Source of the DNA: the human T2T-CHM13v2.0 reference genome, Homo sapiens
Direction: 5' to 3' (one strand)
Assembly: GCF_009914755.1 (NCBI RefSeq)
Contig: NC_060942.1
Length of the DNA stretch: 64,000 nt
The position numbers were made by a program, and so were the translations under genes. This document shows, piece after piece, positions 38,780-53,939 of the stretch; position 1 is the stretch's first letter; each line of letters opens with the position of its first letter. Under the pieces are notes generated by a model. It worked only from the letters and a program-made list of their open reading frames with translations, had not been told where the DNA came from and did no database searches.

Positions 38780-41023
38780 CCGGCCTAAGGTGAAAAAGGA
38801 AATATCTTCCCATAAAAACTAGACAGAAGCATTCTCAGAAACTTACTCGTGATGTGTGTCCTCAACTAAAGGTGTAGAACCTTTCTTTTCATAGAGAAGT
38901 TTTGAAACGCTCTTTTTGTGGAATCTGCAAGTGGATATTTGGCTAGTTTTGAGGATTTCGTTGGAAGCGGGAATTCATACAAATTGCAGACTGCAGCGTT
39001 CTGAGAAACATCTTTGTGATGTTTGTATTCAGGACAGAGAGTTGAACATTCCCTATCATAGAGCAGGTTGGAATCACTCCTTTTGTAGTATCTGGAAGTG
39101 GACATTTGGAGCGCTTTCAGGCCTATGTTGAAAAAGGAAATATCTTCCCATAACAACTAGACACAAGCATTCTCAGAAACTTGTTTGTGATGTGTGCCCT
39201 CTACTGACAGAGTTGAACCTTTCTTTTCATAGAGCAGTTTTGAAACACTCTTTTTGTAGAATCTGCAAGAGGATATTTGCATAGCTTTGAGGATTTCGTG
39301 GGAAACGGGATTGTCTTCAGGTAAAATCTAGACAGAAGCATTCTCAGAAACTTCTTTGGGATGTTTGCATTCAAGTCACAGAGTAGAACATTCCCTTTGG
39401 TAGAGCAGGTTTGAAACCCTCTTTTTGTAGTATCTGGAAGTGGACATTTGGAGCGCTTTCAGGCCCATGTTGGAAAGGGAAATATCTTCCCGTAACAACT
39501 AGGCAGAAGCATTGTCAGAAACTTATTTGAGATGTGTGTACTCAACTAAGAGAATTGAACCACCGTTTTGAAGGAGCAGTTTTCAAACACTCTTTTTCTG
39601 GAATCTGCAAGAGTATATTTGCCTAGCCTTGAGGATTTCGTTGGAAACGGGATTGTCTTCACATAAAATCTAGACAGAAGCATTCTCAGAAACTTCTTTG
39701 GGATGTTTGCATTCAGGTCACAGACTAGAACATTCCCTTTGGTAGAGCAGTTTTGAAACACTCTTTTTTTAGTATATGGAAGTGGACATTTGGAGCGCTT
39801 TCAGGCCTACGTTGGAAAAGGAAATATCTTCCCATAACAACTAGACAGAAGCATTCTCAGAAACTAGTTTCTGATGTGTGTCCTCAACTAACACAGTTGA
39901 ACTTTTCTTTAGACAGAACAGTTTTGAAACACTCTTTTTGTGGAATCTGCAAGTGGATATTTGGCTAGATTTGAGGATTTCGTTGGAAACGGGATTACAT
40001 ATAAAAAGCAGACAGCAGCATTCTCAGAAAGTTCTTTGTGATGATTGCATTCAAGTCACAGAATTGAACATTCCCTTTCACAGAGCAGGTTTGAAACACT
40101 CTTTTTGTAGTGTGTGTAAGTGGACATTTGGAGCGCTTTCCGGCCTAAGGTGAAAAAGGAAATATCTTCCCATAAAAACTAGACAGAAGCATTCTCAGAA
40201 ACTTACTCGTGATGTGTGTCCTCAACTAAAGGAGTAGAACCTTTCTGTTCATAGAGAAGTTTTGAAACGCTCTTTTTGTGGAATCTCCAAGTGGATATTT
40301 GGCTAGTTTTGAGGATTTCATTGGAAGCGGGAATTCACACAAATTGCAGACTGCAGCGTTCTGAGAAACATCTTTGTGATGTTTGTATTCAGGACACAGA
40401 GATGAACATTCCCTATCATAGAGCAGGTTGGAATCACTCCTTTTGTAGTATCTGGAAGTGGACATTTGGAGCGCTTTCAGGCCTATGTTGAAAAAGGAAA
40501 TATCTTCCCATAACAACTAGACACAAGCATTCTCAGAAACTTGTTTGTGATGTGTGCCCTCTACTGACAGAGTTGAACCTTTCTTTTCATAGAGCAGTTT
40601 TGAAACACTCTTTTTGTAGAATCTGCAAGAGGATATTTGCATAGCTTTGAGGATTTCGTGGGAAACGGGATTGTCTTCAGGTAAAATCTAGACAGAAGCA
40701 TTCTCAGAAACTTCTTTGGGATGTTTGCATTCAAGTCACAGAGTAGAACATTCCCTTTGGTAGAGCAGGTTTGAAACCCTCTTTTTGTAGTATCTGGAAG
40801 TGGACATTTGGAGCGCTTTCAGGCCCATGTTGGAAAGGGAAATATCTTCCCGTAACAACTAGGCAGAAGCATTCTCAGAAACTTATTTGAGATGTGTGGA
40901 CTCAACTAAGAGAATTGAACCACCGTTTTGAAGGAGCAGTTTTGAAACACTCTTTTTCTGGAATCTGCAAGAGTATATTTGCCTAGCCTTGAGAATTTCG
41001 TTGGAAACGGGATTGTCTTCAGA

Positions 41024-44000
41024 TAAAATCTAGACAGAAGCATTCTCAGAAACTTCTTTGGGATGTTTGCATTCAAGTCACAGAGTAGAACATTCCCTTT
41101 GGTAGAGCAGGTTTGAAACACTCTTTTTTTAGTATATGGAAGTGGACATTTGGAGCGCTTTCAGGCCTACGTTGGAAAAGGAAATATCTTCCCATAACAA
41201 CTAGACAGAAGCATTCTCAGAAACTAGTTTCTGATGTGTGTCCTCAACTAACACAGTTGAACTTTTCTTTAGACAGAACAGTTTTGAAACACTCTTTTTG
41301 TGGAATCTGCAAGTGGATATTTGGCTAGATTTGAGGATTTCGTTGGAAACGGGATTACATATAAAAAGCAGACAGCAGCATTCTCAGAAAGTTCTTTGTG
41401 ATGATTGCATTCAAGTCACAGAATTGAACATTCCCTTTCACAGAGCAGGATTGAAACACTCTTTTTGTAGTGTGTGTAAGTGGACATTTGGAGCGCTTTC
41501 CGGCCTAAGGTGAAAAACGAAATATCTTCCCATAAAAACTAGACAGAAGCATTCTCAGAAACTTACTCGTGATGTGTGTCCTCAACTAAAGGAGTAGAAC
41601 CTTTCTATTCATAGAGAAGTTTTCAAACGCTCTTTTTGTGGAATCTCCAAGTGGATATTTGGCTAGTTTTGAGGATTTCGTTGGAAGCGGGAATTCATAC
41701 AAATTGCAGACTGCAGCGTTATGAGAAACATCTTTGTGATGTTTGTATTCAGGACACAGAGATGAACATTCCCTATCATAGAGCAGGTTGGAATCACTAG
41801 TTTTGTAGTATCTGGAAGTGGACATTTGGAGCGCTTTCAGGCCTATGTTGAAAAAGGAAATATCTTCCCATAACAACTAGACACAAGCATTCTCAGAAAC
41901 TTGTTTGTGATGTGTGCCCTCTACTGACAGAGTTGAATCTTTCTTTTCATAGAGCAGTTTTGAAACACTCTTTTTGTAGAATCTGCAAGAGGATATTTGC
42001 ATAGCTTTGAGGATTTCGTGGGAAACGGGATTGTCTTCAGGTAAAATCTAGACAGAAGCATTCTCAGAAACTTCATTGTGATGTTTGCATTCAAGTCACA
42101 GAGTAGAACATTCCCTTTGGTAGAGCAGGTTTGAAACCCTCTTTTTGTAGTATCTGGAAGTGGACATTTAGAGCGCATTCAGGCCCATGTTGGAAAGGGA
42201 AATATCTTCCTGTAACAACTAGGCAGAAGCATTCTCAGAAACTTATTTGAGATGTGTGTACTCAACTAAGAGAATTGAACCACCGTTTTGAAGGAGCAGT
42301 TTTGAAACACTCTTTTTCTGGAATCTGCAAGAGGATATTTGCCTAGCCTTGAGGATTTCGTTGGAAACGGGATTGTCTTCAGATAAAATCTAGACAGAAG
42401 CATTCTCAGAAACTTCTTTGGGATGTTTGCATTCAAGTCACAGAGTAGAATATTCCCTTTGGTAGAGCAGGTTTGAAACACTCTTTTTTTAGTATATGGA
42501 AGTGGACATTTGGAGCGCTTTCAGGCCTACGTTGGAAAAGGAAATATCTTCCCATAACAACTAGACAGAAGCATTCTCAGAAACTAGTTTCTGATGTGTG
42601 TCCTCAACTAACACAGTTGAACTTTTCTTTAGACAGGACAGTTTTGAAACACTCTTTTTGTGGAATCTGCAAGTGGATATTTGGCTAGATTTGAGGATTT
42701 CTTTGGAAACGGGATTACATATAAAAAGCAGACAGCAGCATTGTCAGAAAGTTCTTTGTGATGATTGCATTCAAGTCACAGAATTGAACATTCCCTTTCA
42801 CAGAGCAGGTTTGAAACACTCTTTTTGTAGTGTGTGTAAGTGGACATTTGGAGCGATTTCCGGCCTAAGGTGAAAAAGGAAATATCTTCCCATAAAAACT
42901 AGACAGAAGCATTCTCAGAAACTTACTCGTGATGTGTGTCCTCAACTAAAGGAGTAGAACCTTTCTATTCATAGAGAAGTTTTGAAATGCTCTTTTTGTG
43001 GAATCTCCAAGTGGATATTTGGCTAGTTTTGAGGATTTCGTTGGAAGCGGGAATTCATACAAATTGCAGACTGCAGCGTTCTGAGAAACATCTTTGTGAT
43101 GTTTGTATTCAGGACACAGAGATGAACATTCCCTATCATAGAGCAGGTTGGAATCACTCCTTTTGTAGTATCTGGAAGTGGACATTTGGAGCGCTTTCAG
43201 GCCTATGTTGAAAAAGGAAATATCTTCCCATAACAACTAGACACAAGCATTCTCAGAAACTTGTTTGTGATGTGTGCCCTCTACTGACAGAGTTGAACCT
43301 TTCTTTTCATAGAGCAGTTTTGAAACACTCTTTTTGTAGAATCTGCAAGAGGATATTTGCATAGCTTTGAGGATTTCGTGGGAAACGGGATTGTCTTCAG
43401 GTAAAATCCAGACAGAAGCATTCTCAGAAACTTCTTTGGGATGTTTGCATTCAAGTCACAGAGTAGAACATTCCCTTTGGTAGAGCAGGTTTGAAACCCT
43501 CTTTTTGTAGTATCTGGAAGTGGACATTTGGAGCGCTTTCAGGCCCATGTTGGAAAGGGAAATATCTTCCCGTAACAACTAGGCAGAAGCATTCTCAGAA
43601 ACTTATTTGAGATGTGTGTACTCAACTAAGAGAATTGAACCACCGTTTTGAAGGAGCAGTTTTGAAACACTCTTTTTCTGGAATCTGCAAGAGTATATTT
43701 GCCTAGCCTTGAGGATTTCGTTGGAAACGGGATTGTCTTCAGATAAAATCTAGACAGAAGCATTCTCAGAAACTTCTTTGGGATGTTTGCATTCAAGTCA
43801 CAGAGTAGAACATTCCCTTTGGTAGAGCAGGTTTGAAACACTCTTTTTTTAGTATATGGAAGTGGACATTTGGAGCGCTTTCAGGCCTACGTTGGAAAAG
43901 GAAATATCTTCCCATAACAACTAGACAGAAGCATTCTCAGAAACTAGTTTCTGATGTGTGTCCTCAACTAACACAGTTGAACTTTTCTTTAGACAGAACA

Positions 44001-47000
44001 GTTTTGAAACACTCTTTTTGTGGAATCTGCAAGTGGATATTTGGCTAGATTTGAGGATTTCGTTGGAAACGGGATTACATATAAAAAGCAGACAGCAGCA
44101 TTCTCAGAAAGTTCTTTGTGATGATTGCATTCAAGTCACAGAATTGAACATTCCCTTTCACAGAGCAGGTTTGAAACACTCTTTTTGTAGTGTGTGTAAG
44201 TGGACATTTGGAGCGCTTTCCGGCCTAAGGTGAAAAAGGAAATATCTTCCCATAAAAACTAGACAGAAGCATTCTCAGAAACTTACTCGTGATGTGTGTC
44301 CTCAACTAAAGGAGTAGAACCTTTCTATTCGTAGAGAAGCTTTGAAATGCTCTTTTTGTGGAATCTCCAAGTGGATATTTGGCTAGTTTTGAGGATTTCG
44401 TTGGAAGCGGGAATTCATACAAATTGCAGACTGCAGCGTTCTGAGAAACATCTTTGTGATGTTTGTATTCAGGACACAGAGATGAACATTCCCTATCATA
44501 GAGCAGGTTGGAATCACTCCTTTTGTAGTATCTGGAAGTGGACATTTGGAGCGCTTTCAGGCCTATGTTGAAAAAGGAAATATCTTCCCATAACAACTAG
44601 ACACAAGCATTCTCAGAAACTTGTTTGTGATGTGTGCCCTCTACTGACAGAGTTGAACCTTTCTTTTCATAGAGCAGTTTTGAAACACTCTTTTTGTAGA
44701 ATCTGCAAGAGGATATTTGCATAGCTTTGAGGATTTCGTGGGAAACGGGATTGTCTTCAGGTAAAATCTAGACAGAAGCATTCTCAGAAACTTCTTTGGG
44801 ATGTTTACATTCAAGTCACAGAGTAGAACATTCCCTTTGGTAGAGCAGGTTTGAAACCCTCTTTTTGTAGTATCTGGAAGTGGACATTTGGAGCGCTTTC
44901 TGGCCCATGTTGCAAAGGGAAATATCTTCCCGTAACAACTAGGCAGAAGCATTCTCAGAAACTTATTTGAGATGTGTGTACTCAACTAAGAGAATTGAAC
45001 CACCGTTTTGAAGGAGCAGTTTTGAAACACTCTTTTTCTGGAATCTGCAAGAGGATATTTGCCTAGCCTTGAGGATTTCGTTGGAAACGGGATTGTCTTC
45101 AGATCAAATCTAGACAGAAGCATTCTCAGAAACTTCTTTGGGATGTTTGCATTCAAGTCACAGAGTAGAACATTCCCTTTGGTAGAGCAGGTTTGAAACA
45201 CTCTTTTTTTAGTATATGGAAGTGGACATTTGGAGCACTTTCAGGCCTACGTTGGAAAAGGAAATATCTTCCCATAACAACTAGACAGAAGCATTCTCAG
45301 AAACTAGTTTCTGATGTGTGTCCTCAACTAACACAGTTGAACTTTTCTTTAGACAGAACAGTTTTGAAACACTCTTTTTGTGGAATCTGCAAGTGGCTAT
45401 TTGGCTAGATTTGAGGATTTCGTTGGAAACGGGATTACATATAAAAAGCAGACAGCAGCATTCTCAGAAAGTTCTTTGTGATGACTGCATTCTAGTCACA
45501 GGATTGAACATTCCGTTTCACAGAGCAGGTTTGAAACACTCTTTTTGTAGTGTGTGTAAGTGGACATTTGGAGCGCTTTCCGGCCTAAGGTGAAAAAGGA
45601 AATATCTTCCCATAAAAACTAGACAGAAGCATTCTCAGAAACTTACTCGTGATGTGTGTCCTCAACTAAAGGAGTAGAACCTTTCTATTCATAGAGAAGT
45701 TTTGAAACGCTCTTTTTGTGGAATCTCCAAGTGGATATTTGGCTAGTTTTGAGGATTTCGTTGGAAGCGGGAATTCATACAAATTGCAGACTGCAGCGTT
45801 ATGAGAAACATCTTTGTGATGTTTTTATTCAGGACACAGAGATGAACATTCCCTATCATAGAGCAGGTTGGAATCACTCCTTTTGTAGTATCTGGAAGTG
45901 GACATTTGGAGCGCTTTCAGGCCTATGTTGAAAAAGGAAATATCTTCCCATAACAACTAGACACAAGCATTCTCAGAAACTTGTTTGTGATGTGTATCCT
46001 GTACTGACAGAGTTGAACCTTTCTTTTCATAGAGCAGTTTTGAAACACTCTTTTTGTAGAATCTGCAAGAGGATATTTGCATAGCTTTGAGGATTTCGTG
46101 GGAAACGGGATTGTCTTCAGGTAAAATCTAGACAGAAGCATTCTCAGAAACTTCTTTGGGATGTTTGCATTCAAGTCACAGAGTAGAACATTCCCTTTGG
46201 TAGAGCAGGTTTGAAACACTCTTTTTGTAGTATCTGGAAGTGGACATTTGGAGCGCTTTCAGGCCCATGTTGGAAAGGGAAATATCTTCCCGTAACAACT
46301 AGGCAGAAGCATTCTCTGAAACTTTTTTGAGATGTGTGTACTCAACTAAGAGAATTGAACCACCGTTTTGAAGGAGCAGTTTTGAAACACTCTTTTTCTG
46401 GAATCTGCTAGAGGATATTTGCCTAGCTTTGAGGATTTCGTTGGAAACCGGATTGTCTTCAGATAAAATCTAGACAGAAGCATTCTCAGAAACTTCTTTG
46501 GGATGTTTGTATTCAAGTCACAGAGTAGAACATTCCCTTTGGTAGAGCAGGTTTGAAACACTCTTTTTTTAGTATATGGAAATGGACATTTGGAGCGCTT
46601 TCAGGCCTACGTTGGAAAAGGAAATATCTTCCCATAACAACTACACAGAAGCATTCTCCGAAACTAGTTTCTGATGTGTGTCCTCAACTAACACAGTTGA
46701 ACTTTTCTTTAGACAGAACAGTTTTGAAACACTCTTTTTGTGGAATCTGCAAGTGGATATTTGGCTAGATTTGAGGATTTCGTTGGAAACGGGATTACAT
46801 ATAAAAAGCAGACAGCAGCATTCTCAGAAAGTTCTTTGTGATGATTGCATTCAAGTCACAGAATTGAACATTCCCTTTCACAGAGCAGGTTTGAAACACT
46901 CTTTTTGTAGTGTGTGTAAGTGGACATTTGGAGCACTTTCCGGCCTAAGGTGAAAAAGGAAATATCTTCCCATAAAAACTAGACGGAAGCATTCTCAGAA

Positions 47001-50000
47001 ACTTACTCGTGATGTGTGTCCTCAACTAAAGGAGTAGAACCTTTCTATTCATAGAGAAGGTTTGAAACGCTCTTTTTGTGGAATCTCCAAGTGGATATTT
47101 GGCTAGTTTTGAGGATTTCGTTGGAAGCGGGAATTCATACAAATTGCAGACTGCAGCGTTCTGAGAAACATCTTTGTGATGTTTGTATTCAGGACACAGA
47201 GATGAACATTCCCTATCATAGAGCAGGTTGGAATCACTCCTTTTGTAGTATCTGGAAGTGGACATTTGGAGCGCTTTCAGGCCTATGTTGAAAAAGGAAA
47301 TATCTTCTCATAACAACTAGACACAAGCATTCTCAGAAACTTGTTTTTGATGTGTGCCCTCTGCTGACAGAGTTGAACCTTTCTTTTCATAGAGCAGTTT
47401 TGAAACACTCTTTTTGTAGAATCTGCAAGAGGATATTTGCATAGCTTTGAGGATTTCGTGGGAAACGGGATTGTCTTCAGGTAAAATCTAGACAGAAGCA
47501 TTCTCAGAAACTTCTTTGGGATGTTTGCATTCAAGTCACAGAGTAGAACATTCCCTTTGGTAGAGCAGGTTTGAAACACTCTTTTTTTAGTATATGGAAG
47601 TGGACATTTGGAGCGCTTTCAGGCCTACGTTGGAAAAGGAAATATCTTCCCATAACAACTAGACAGAAGCATTCTCAGAAACTAGTTTCTGATGTGTGTC
47701 CTCAACTAACACAGTTGAACTTTTCTTTAGACAGAACAGTTTTGAAACACTCTTTTTGTGGAATCTGCAAGTGGATATTTGGCTAGATTTGAGGATTTCG
47801 TTGGAAACGGGATTACATATAAAAAGCAGACAGCAGCATTCTCAGAAAGTTCTTTGTGATGATTGCATTCAAGTCACAGAATTGAACATTCCCTTTCACA
47901 GAGCAGGATTGAAACACTCTTTTTGTAGTGTGTGTAAGTGGACATTTGGAGCGCTTTCCGGCCTAAGGTGAAAAACGAAATATCTTCCCATAAAAACTAG
48001 ACAGAAGCATTCTCAGAAACTTACTCGTGATGTGTGTCCTCAACTAAAGGAGTAGAACCTTTCTATTCATAGAGAAGTTTTCAAACGCTCTTTTTGTGGA
48101 ATCTCCAAGTGGATATTTGGCTAGTTTTGAGGATTTCGTTGGAAGCGGGAATTCATACAAATTGCAGACTGCAGCGTTATGAGAAACATCTTTGTGATGT
48201 TTGTATTCAGGACACAGAGATGAACATTCCCTATCATAGAGCAGGTTGGAATCACTAGTTTTGTAGTATCTGGAAGTGGACATTTGGAGCGCTTTCAGGC
48301 CTATGTTGAAAAAGGAAATATCTTCCCATAACAACTAGACACAAGCATTCTCAGAAACTTGTTTGTGATGTGTGCCCTCTACTGACAGAGTTGAATCTTT
48401 CTTTTCATAGAGCAGTTTTGAAACACTCTTTTTGTAGAATCTGCAAGAGGATATTTGCATAGCTTTGAGGATTTCGTGGGAAACGGGATTGTCTTCAGGT
48501 AAAATCTAGACAGAAGCATTCTCAGAAACTTCATTGTGATGTTTGCATTCAAGTCACAGAGTAGAACATTCCCTTTGGTAGAGCAGGTTTGAAACCCTCT
48601 TTTTGTAGTATCTGGAAGTGGACATTTAGAGCGCATTCAGGCCCATGTTGGAAAGGGAAATATCTTCCTGTAACAACTAGGCAGAAGCATTCTCAGAAAC
48701 TTATTTGAGATGTGTGTACTCAACTAAGAGAATTGAACCACCGTTTTGAAGGAGCAGTTTTGAAACACTCTTTTTCTGGAATCTGCAAGAGGATATTTGC
48801 CTAGCCTTGAGGATTTCGTTGGAAACGGGATTGTCTTCAGATAAAATCTAGACAGAAGCATTCTCAGAAACTTCTTTGGGATGTTTGCATTCAAGTCACA
48901 GAGTAGAATATTCCCTTTGGTAGAGCAGGTTTGAAACACTCTTTTTTTAGTATATGGAAGTGGACATTTGGAGCGCTTTCAGGCCTACGTTGGAAAAGGA
49001 AATATCTTCCCATAACAACTAGACAGAAGCATTCTCAGAAACTAGTTTCTGATGTGTGTCCTCAACTAACACAGTTGAACTTTTCTTTAGACAGGACAGT
49101 TTTGAAACACTCTTTTTGTGGAATCTGCAAGTGGATATTTGGCTAGATTTGAGGATTTCTTTGGAAACGGGATTACATATAAAAAGCAGACAGCAGCATT
49201 GTCAGAAAGTTCTTTGTGATGATTGCATTCAAGTCACAGAATTGAACATTCCCTTTCACAGAGCAGGTTTGAAACACTCTTTTTGTAGTGTGTGTAAGTG
49301 GACATTTGGAGCGATTTCCGGCCTAAGGTGAAAAAGGAAATATCTTCCCATAAAAACTAGACAGAAGCATTCTCAGAAACTTACTCGTGATGTGTGTCCT
49401 CAACTAAAGGAGTAGAACCTTTCTATTCATAGAGAAGTTTTGAAATGCTCTTTTTGTGGAATCTCCAAGTGGATATTTGGCTAGTTTTGAGGATTTCGTT
49501 GGAAGCGGGAATTCATACAAATTGCAGACTGCAGCGTTCTGAGAAACATCTTTGTGATGTTTGTATTCAGGACACAGAGATGAACATTCCCTATCATAGA
49601 GCAGGTTGGAATCACTCCTTTTGTAGTATCTGGAAGTGGACATTTGGAGCGCTTTCAGGCCTATGTTGAAAAAGGAAATATCTTCCCATAACAACTAGAC
49701 ACAAGCATTCTCAGAAACTTGTTTGTGATGTGTGCCCTCTACTGACAGAGTTGAACCTTTCTTTTCATAGAGCAGTTTTGAAACACTCTTTTTGTAGAAT
49801 CTGCAAGAGGATATTTGCATAGCTTTGAGGATTTCGTGGGAAACGGGATTGTCTTCAGGTAAAATCCAGACAGAAGCATTCTCAGAAACTTCTTTGGGAT
49901 GTTTGCATTCAAGTCACAGAGTAGAACATTCCCTTTGGTAGAGCAGGTTTGAAACCCTCTTTTTGTAGTATCTGGAAGTGGACATTTGGAGCGCTTTCAG

Positions 50001-53000
50001 GCCCATGTTGGAAAGGGAAATATCTTCCCGTAACAACTAGGCAGAAGCATTCTCAGAAACTTATTTGAGATGTGTGTACTCAACTAAGAGAATTGAACCA
50101 CCGTTTTGAAGGAGCAGTTTTGAAACACTCTTTTTCTGGAATCTGCAAGAGTATATTTGCCTAGCCTTGAGGATTTCGTTGGAAACGGGATTGTCTTCAG
50201 ATAAAATCTAGACAGAAGCATTCTCAGAAACTTCTTTGGGATGTTTGCATTCAAGTCACAGAGTAGAACATTCCCTTTGGTAGAGCAGGTTTGAAACACT
50301 CTTTTTTTAGTATATGGAAGTGGACATTTGGAGCGCTTTCAGGCCTACGTTGGAAAAGGAAATATCTTCCCATAACAACTAGACAGAAGCATTCTCAGAA
50401 ACTAGTTTCTGATGTGTGTCCTCAACTAACACAGTTGAACTTTTCTTTAGACAGAACAGTTTTGAAACACTCTTTTTGTGGAATCTGCAAGTGGATATTT
50501 GGCTAGATTTGAGGATTTCGTTGGAAACGGGATTACATATAAAAAGCAGACAGCAGCATTCTCAGAAAGTTCTTTGTGATGATTGCATTCAAGTCACAGA
50601 ATTGAACATTCCCTTTCACAGAGCAGGTTTGAAACACTCTTTTTGTAGTGTGTGTAAGTGGACATTTGGAGCGCTTTCCGGCCTAAGGTGAAAAAGGAAA
50701 TATCTTCCCATAAAAACTAGACAGAAGCATTCTCAGAAACTTACTCGTGATGTGTGTCCTCAACTAAAGGAGTAGAACCTTTCTATTCGTAGAGAAGCTT
50801 TGAAATGCTCTTTTTGTGGAATCTCCAAGTGGATATTTGGCTAGTTTTGAGGATTTCGTTGGAAGCGGGAATTCATACAAATTGCAGACTGCAGCGTTCT
50901 GAGAAACATCTTTGTGATGTTTGTATTCAGGACACAGAGATGAACATTCCCTATCATAGAGCAGGTTGGAATCACTCCTTTTGTAGTATCTGGAAGTGGA
51001 CATTTGGAGCGCTTTCAGGCCTATGTTGAAAAAGGAAATATCTTCCCATAACAACTAGACACAAGCATTCTCAGAAACTTGTTTGTGATGTGTGCCCTCT
51101 ACAGACAGAGTTGAACCTTTCTTTTCATAGAGCAGTTTTGAAACACTCTTTTTGTAGAATCTGCAAGAGGATATTTGCATAGCTTTGAGGATTTCGTGGG
51201 AAACGGGATTGTCTTCAGGTAAAATCTAGACAGAAGCATTCTCAGAAACTTCTTTGGGATGTTTACATTCAAGTCACAGAGTAGAACATTCCCTTTGGTA
51301 GAGCAGGTTTGAAACCCTCTTTTTGTAGTATCTGGAAGTGGACATTTGGAGCGCTTTCTGGCCCATGTTGCAAAGGGAAATATCTTCCCGTAACAACTAG
51401 GCAGAAGCATTCTCAGAAACTTATTTGAGATGTGTGTACTCAACTAAGAGAATTGAACCACCGTTTTGAAGGAGCAGTTTTGAAACACTCTTTTTCTGGA
51501 ATCTGCAAGAGGATATTTGCCTAGCCTTGAGGATTTCGTTGGAAACGGGATTGTCTTCAGATCAAATCTAGACAGAAGCATTCTCAGAAACTTCTTTGGG
51601 ATGTTTGCATTCAAGTCACAGAGTAGAACATTCCCTTTGGTAGAGCAGGTTTGAAACACTCTTTTTTTAGTATATGGAAGTGGACATTTGGAGCACTTTC
51701 AGGCCTACGTTGGAAAAGGAAATATCTTCCCATAACAACTAGACAGAAGCATTCTCAGAAACTAGTTTCTGATGTGTGTCCTCAACTAACACAGTTGAAC
51801 TTTTCTTTAGACAGAACAGTTTTGAAACACTCTTTTTGTGGAATCTGCAAGTGGCTATTTGGCTAGATTTGAGGATTTCGTTGGAAACGGGATTACATAT
51901 AAAAAGCAGACAGCAGCATTCTCAGAAAGTTCTTTGTGATGACTGCATTCTAGTCACAGGATTGAACATTCCGTTTCACAGAGCAGGTTTGAAACACTCT
52001 TTTTGTAGTGTGTGTAAGTGGACATTTGGAGCGCTTTCCGGCCTAAGGTGAAAAAGGAAATATCTTCCCATAAAAACTAGACAGAAGCATTCTCAGAAAC
52101 TTACTCGTGATGTGTGTCCTCAACTAAAGGAGTAGAACCTTTCTATTCATAGAGAAGTTTTGAAACGCTCTTTTTGTGGAATCTCCAAGTGGATATTTGG
52201 CTAGTTTTGAGGATTTCGTTGGAAGCGGGAATTCATACAAATTGCAGACTGCAGCGTTATGAGAAACATCTTTGTGATGTTTTTATTCAGGACACAGAGA
52301 TGAACATTCCCTATCATAGAGCAGGTTGGAATCACTCCTTTTGTAGTATCTGGAAGTGGACATTTGGAGCGCTTTCAGGCCTATGTTGAAAAAGGAAATA
52401 TCTTCCCATAACAACTAGACACAAGCATTCTCAGAAACTTGTTTGTGATGTGTATCCTGTACTGACAGAGTTGAACCTTTCTTTTCATAGAGCAGTTTTG
52501 AAACACTCTTTTTGTAGAATCTGCAAGAGGATATTTGCATAGCTTTGAGGATTTCGTGGGAAACGGGATTGTCTTCAGGTAAAATCTAGACAGAAGCATT
52601 CTCAGAAACTTCTTTGGGATGTTTGCATTCAAGTCACAGAGTAGAACATTCCCTTTGGTAGAGCAGGTTTGAAACACTCTTTTTGTAGTATCTGGAAGTG
52701 GACATTTGGAGCGCTTTCAGGCCCATGTTGGAAAGGGAAATATCTTCCCGTAACAACTAGGCAGAAGCATTCTCTGAAACTTTTTTGAGATGTGTGTACT
52801 CAACTAAGAGAATTGAACCACCGTTTTGAAGGAGCAGTTTTGAAACACTCTTTTTCTGGAATCTGCTAGAGGATATTTGCCTAGCTTTGAGGATTTCGTT
52901 GGAAACCGGATTGTCTTCAGATAAAATCTAGACAGAAGCATTCTCAGAAACTTCTTTGGGATGTTTGTATTCAAGTCACAGAGTAGAACATTCCCTTTGG

Positions 53001-53939
53001 TAGAGCAGGTTTGAAACACTCTTTTTTTAGTATATGGAAATGGACATTTGGAGCGCTTTCAGGCCTACGTTGGAAAAGGAAATATCTTCCCATAACAACT
53101 ACACAGAAGCATTCTCCGAAACTAGTTTCTGATGTGTGTCCTCAACTAACACAGTTGAACTTTTCTTTAGACAGAACAGTTTTGAAACACTCTTTTTGTG
53201 GAATCTGCAAGTGGATATTTGGCTAGATTTGAGGATTTCGTTGGAAACGGGATTACATATAAAAAGCAGACAGCAGCATTCTCAGAAAGTTCTTTGTGAT
53301 GATTGCATTCAAGTCACAGAATTGAACATTCCCTTTCACAGAGCAGGTTTGAAACACTCTTTTTGTAGTGTGTGTAAGTGGACATTTGGAGCACTTTCCG
53401 GCCTAAGGTGAAAAAGGAAATATCTTCCCATAAAAACTAGACGGAAGCATTCTCAGAAACTTACTCGTGATGTGTGTCCTCAACTAAAGGAGTAGAACCT
53501 TTCTATTCATAGAGAAGGTTTGAAACGCTCTTTTTGTGGAATCTCCAAGTGGATATTTGGCTAGTTTTGAGGATTTCGTTGGAAGCGGGAATTCATACAA
53601 ATTGCAGACTGCAGCGTTCTGAGAAACATCTTTGTGATGTTTGTATTCAGGACACAGAGATGAACATTCCCTATCATAGAGCAGGTTGGAATCACTCCTT
53701 TTGTAGTATCTGGAAGTGGACATTTGGAGCGCTTTCAGGCCTATGTTGAAAAAGGAAATATCTTCTCATAACAACTAGACACAAGCATTCTCAGAAACTT
53801 GTTTTTGATGTGTGCCCTCTGCTGACAGAGTTGAACCTTTCTTTTCATAGAGCAGTTTTGAAACACTCTTTTTGTAGAATCTGCAAGAGGATATTTGCAT
53901 AGCTTTGAGGATTTCGTGGGAAACGGGATTGTCTTCAGG
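41024..53939 (+). repeat. Tandem duplication of a 6458-bp (38-monomer) multi-HOR unit
   Basis: Private variants recur at +6458, e.g. CACTAGTT ~41795/48253, CTTCATTGTG ~42071/48529, AAGCTT 44337/50795 and ATTCTCCG ~46653/53111. Flanking mismatches are at 41023/47481 and 47578/54036. Confidence 0.93.
46652..47669 (+). repeat. 6-mer HOR variant (1018 bp), C/D hybrid junction
   Basis: The C-type box (TTCGTGGGAAACGGG...CAGGT) is followed by a monomer ending in D-type TTTTTTTAGTATATGG...CCTACG. Confidence 0.9.
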
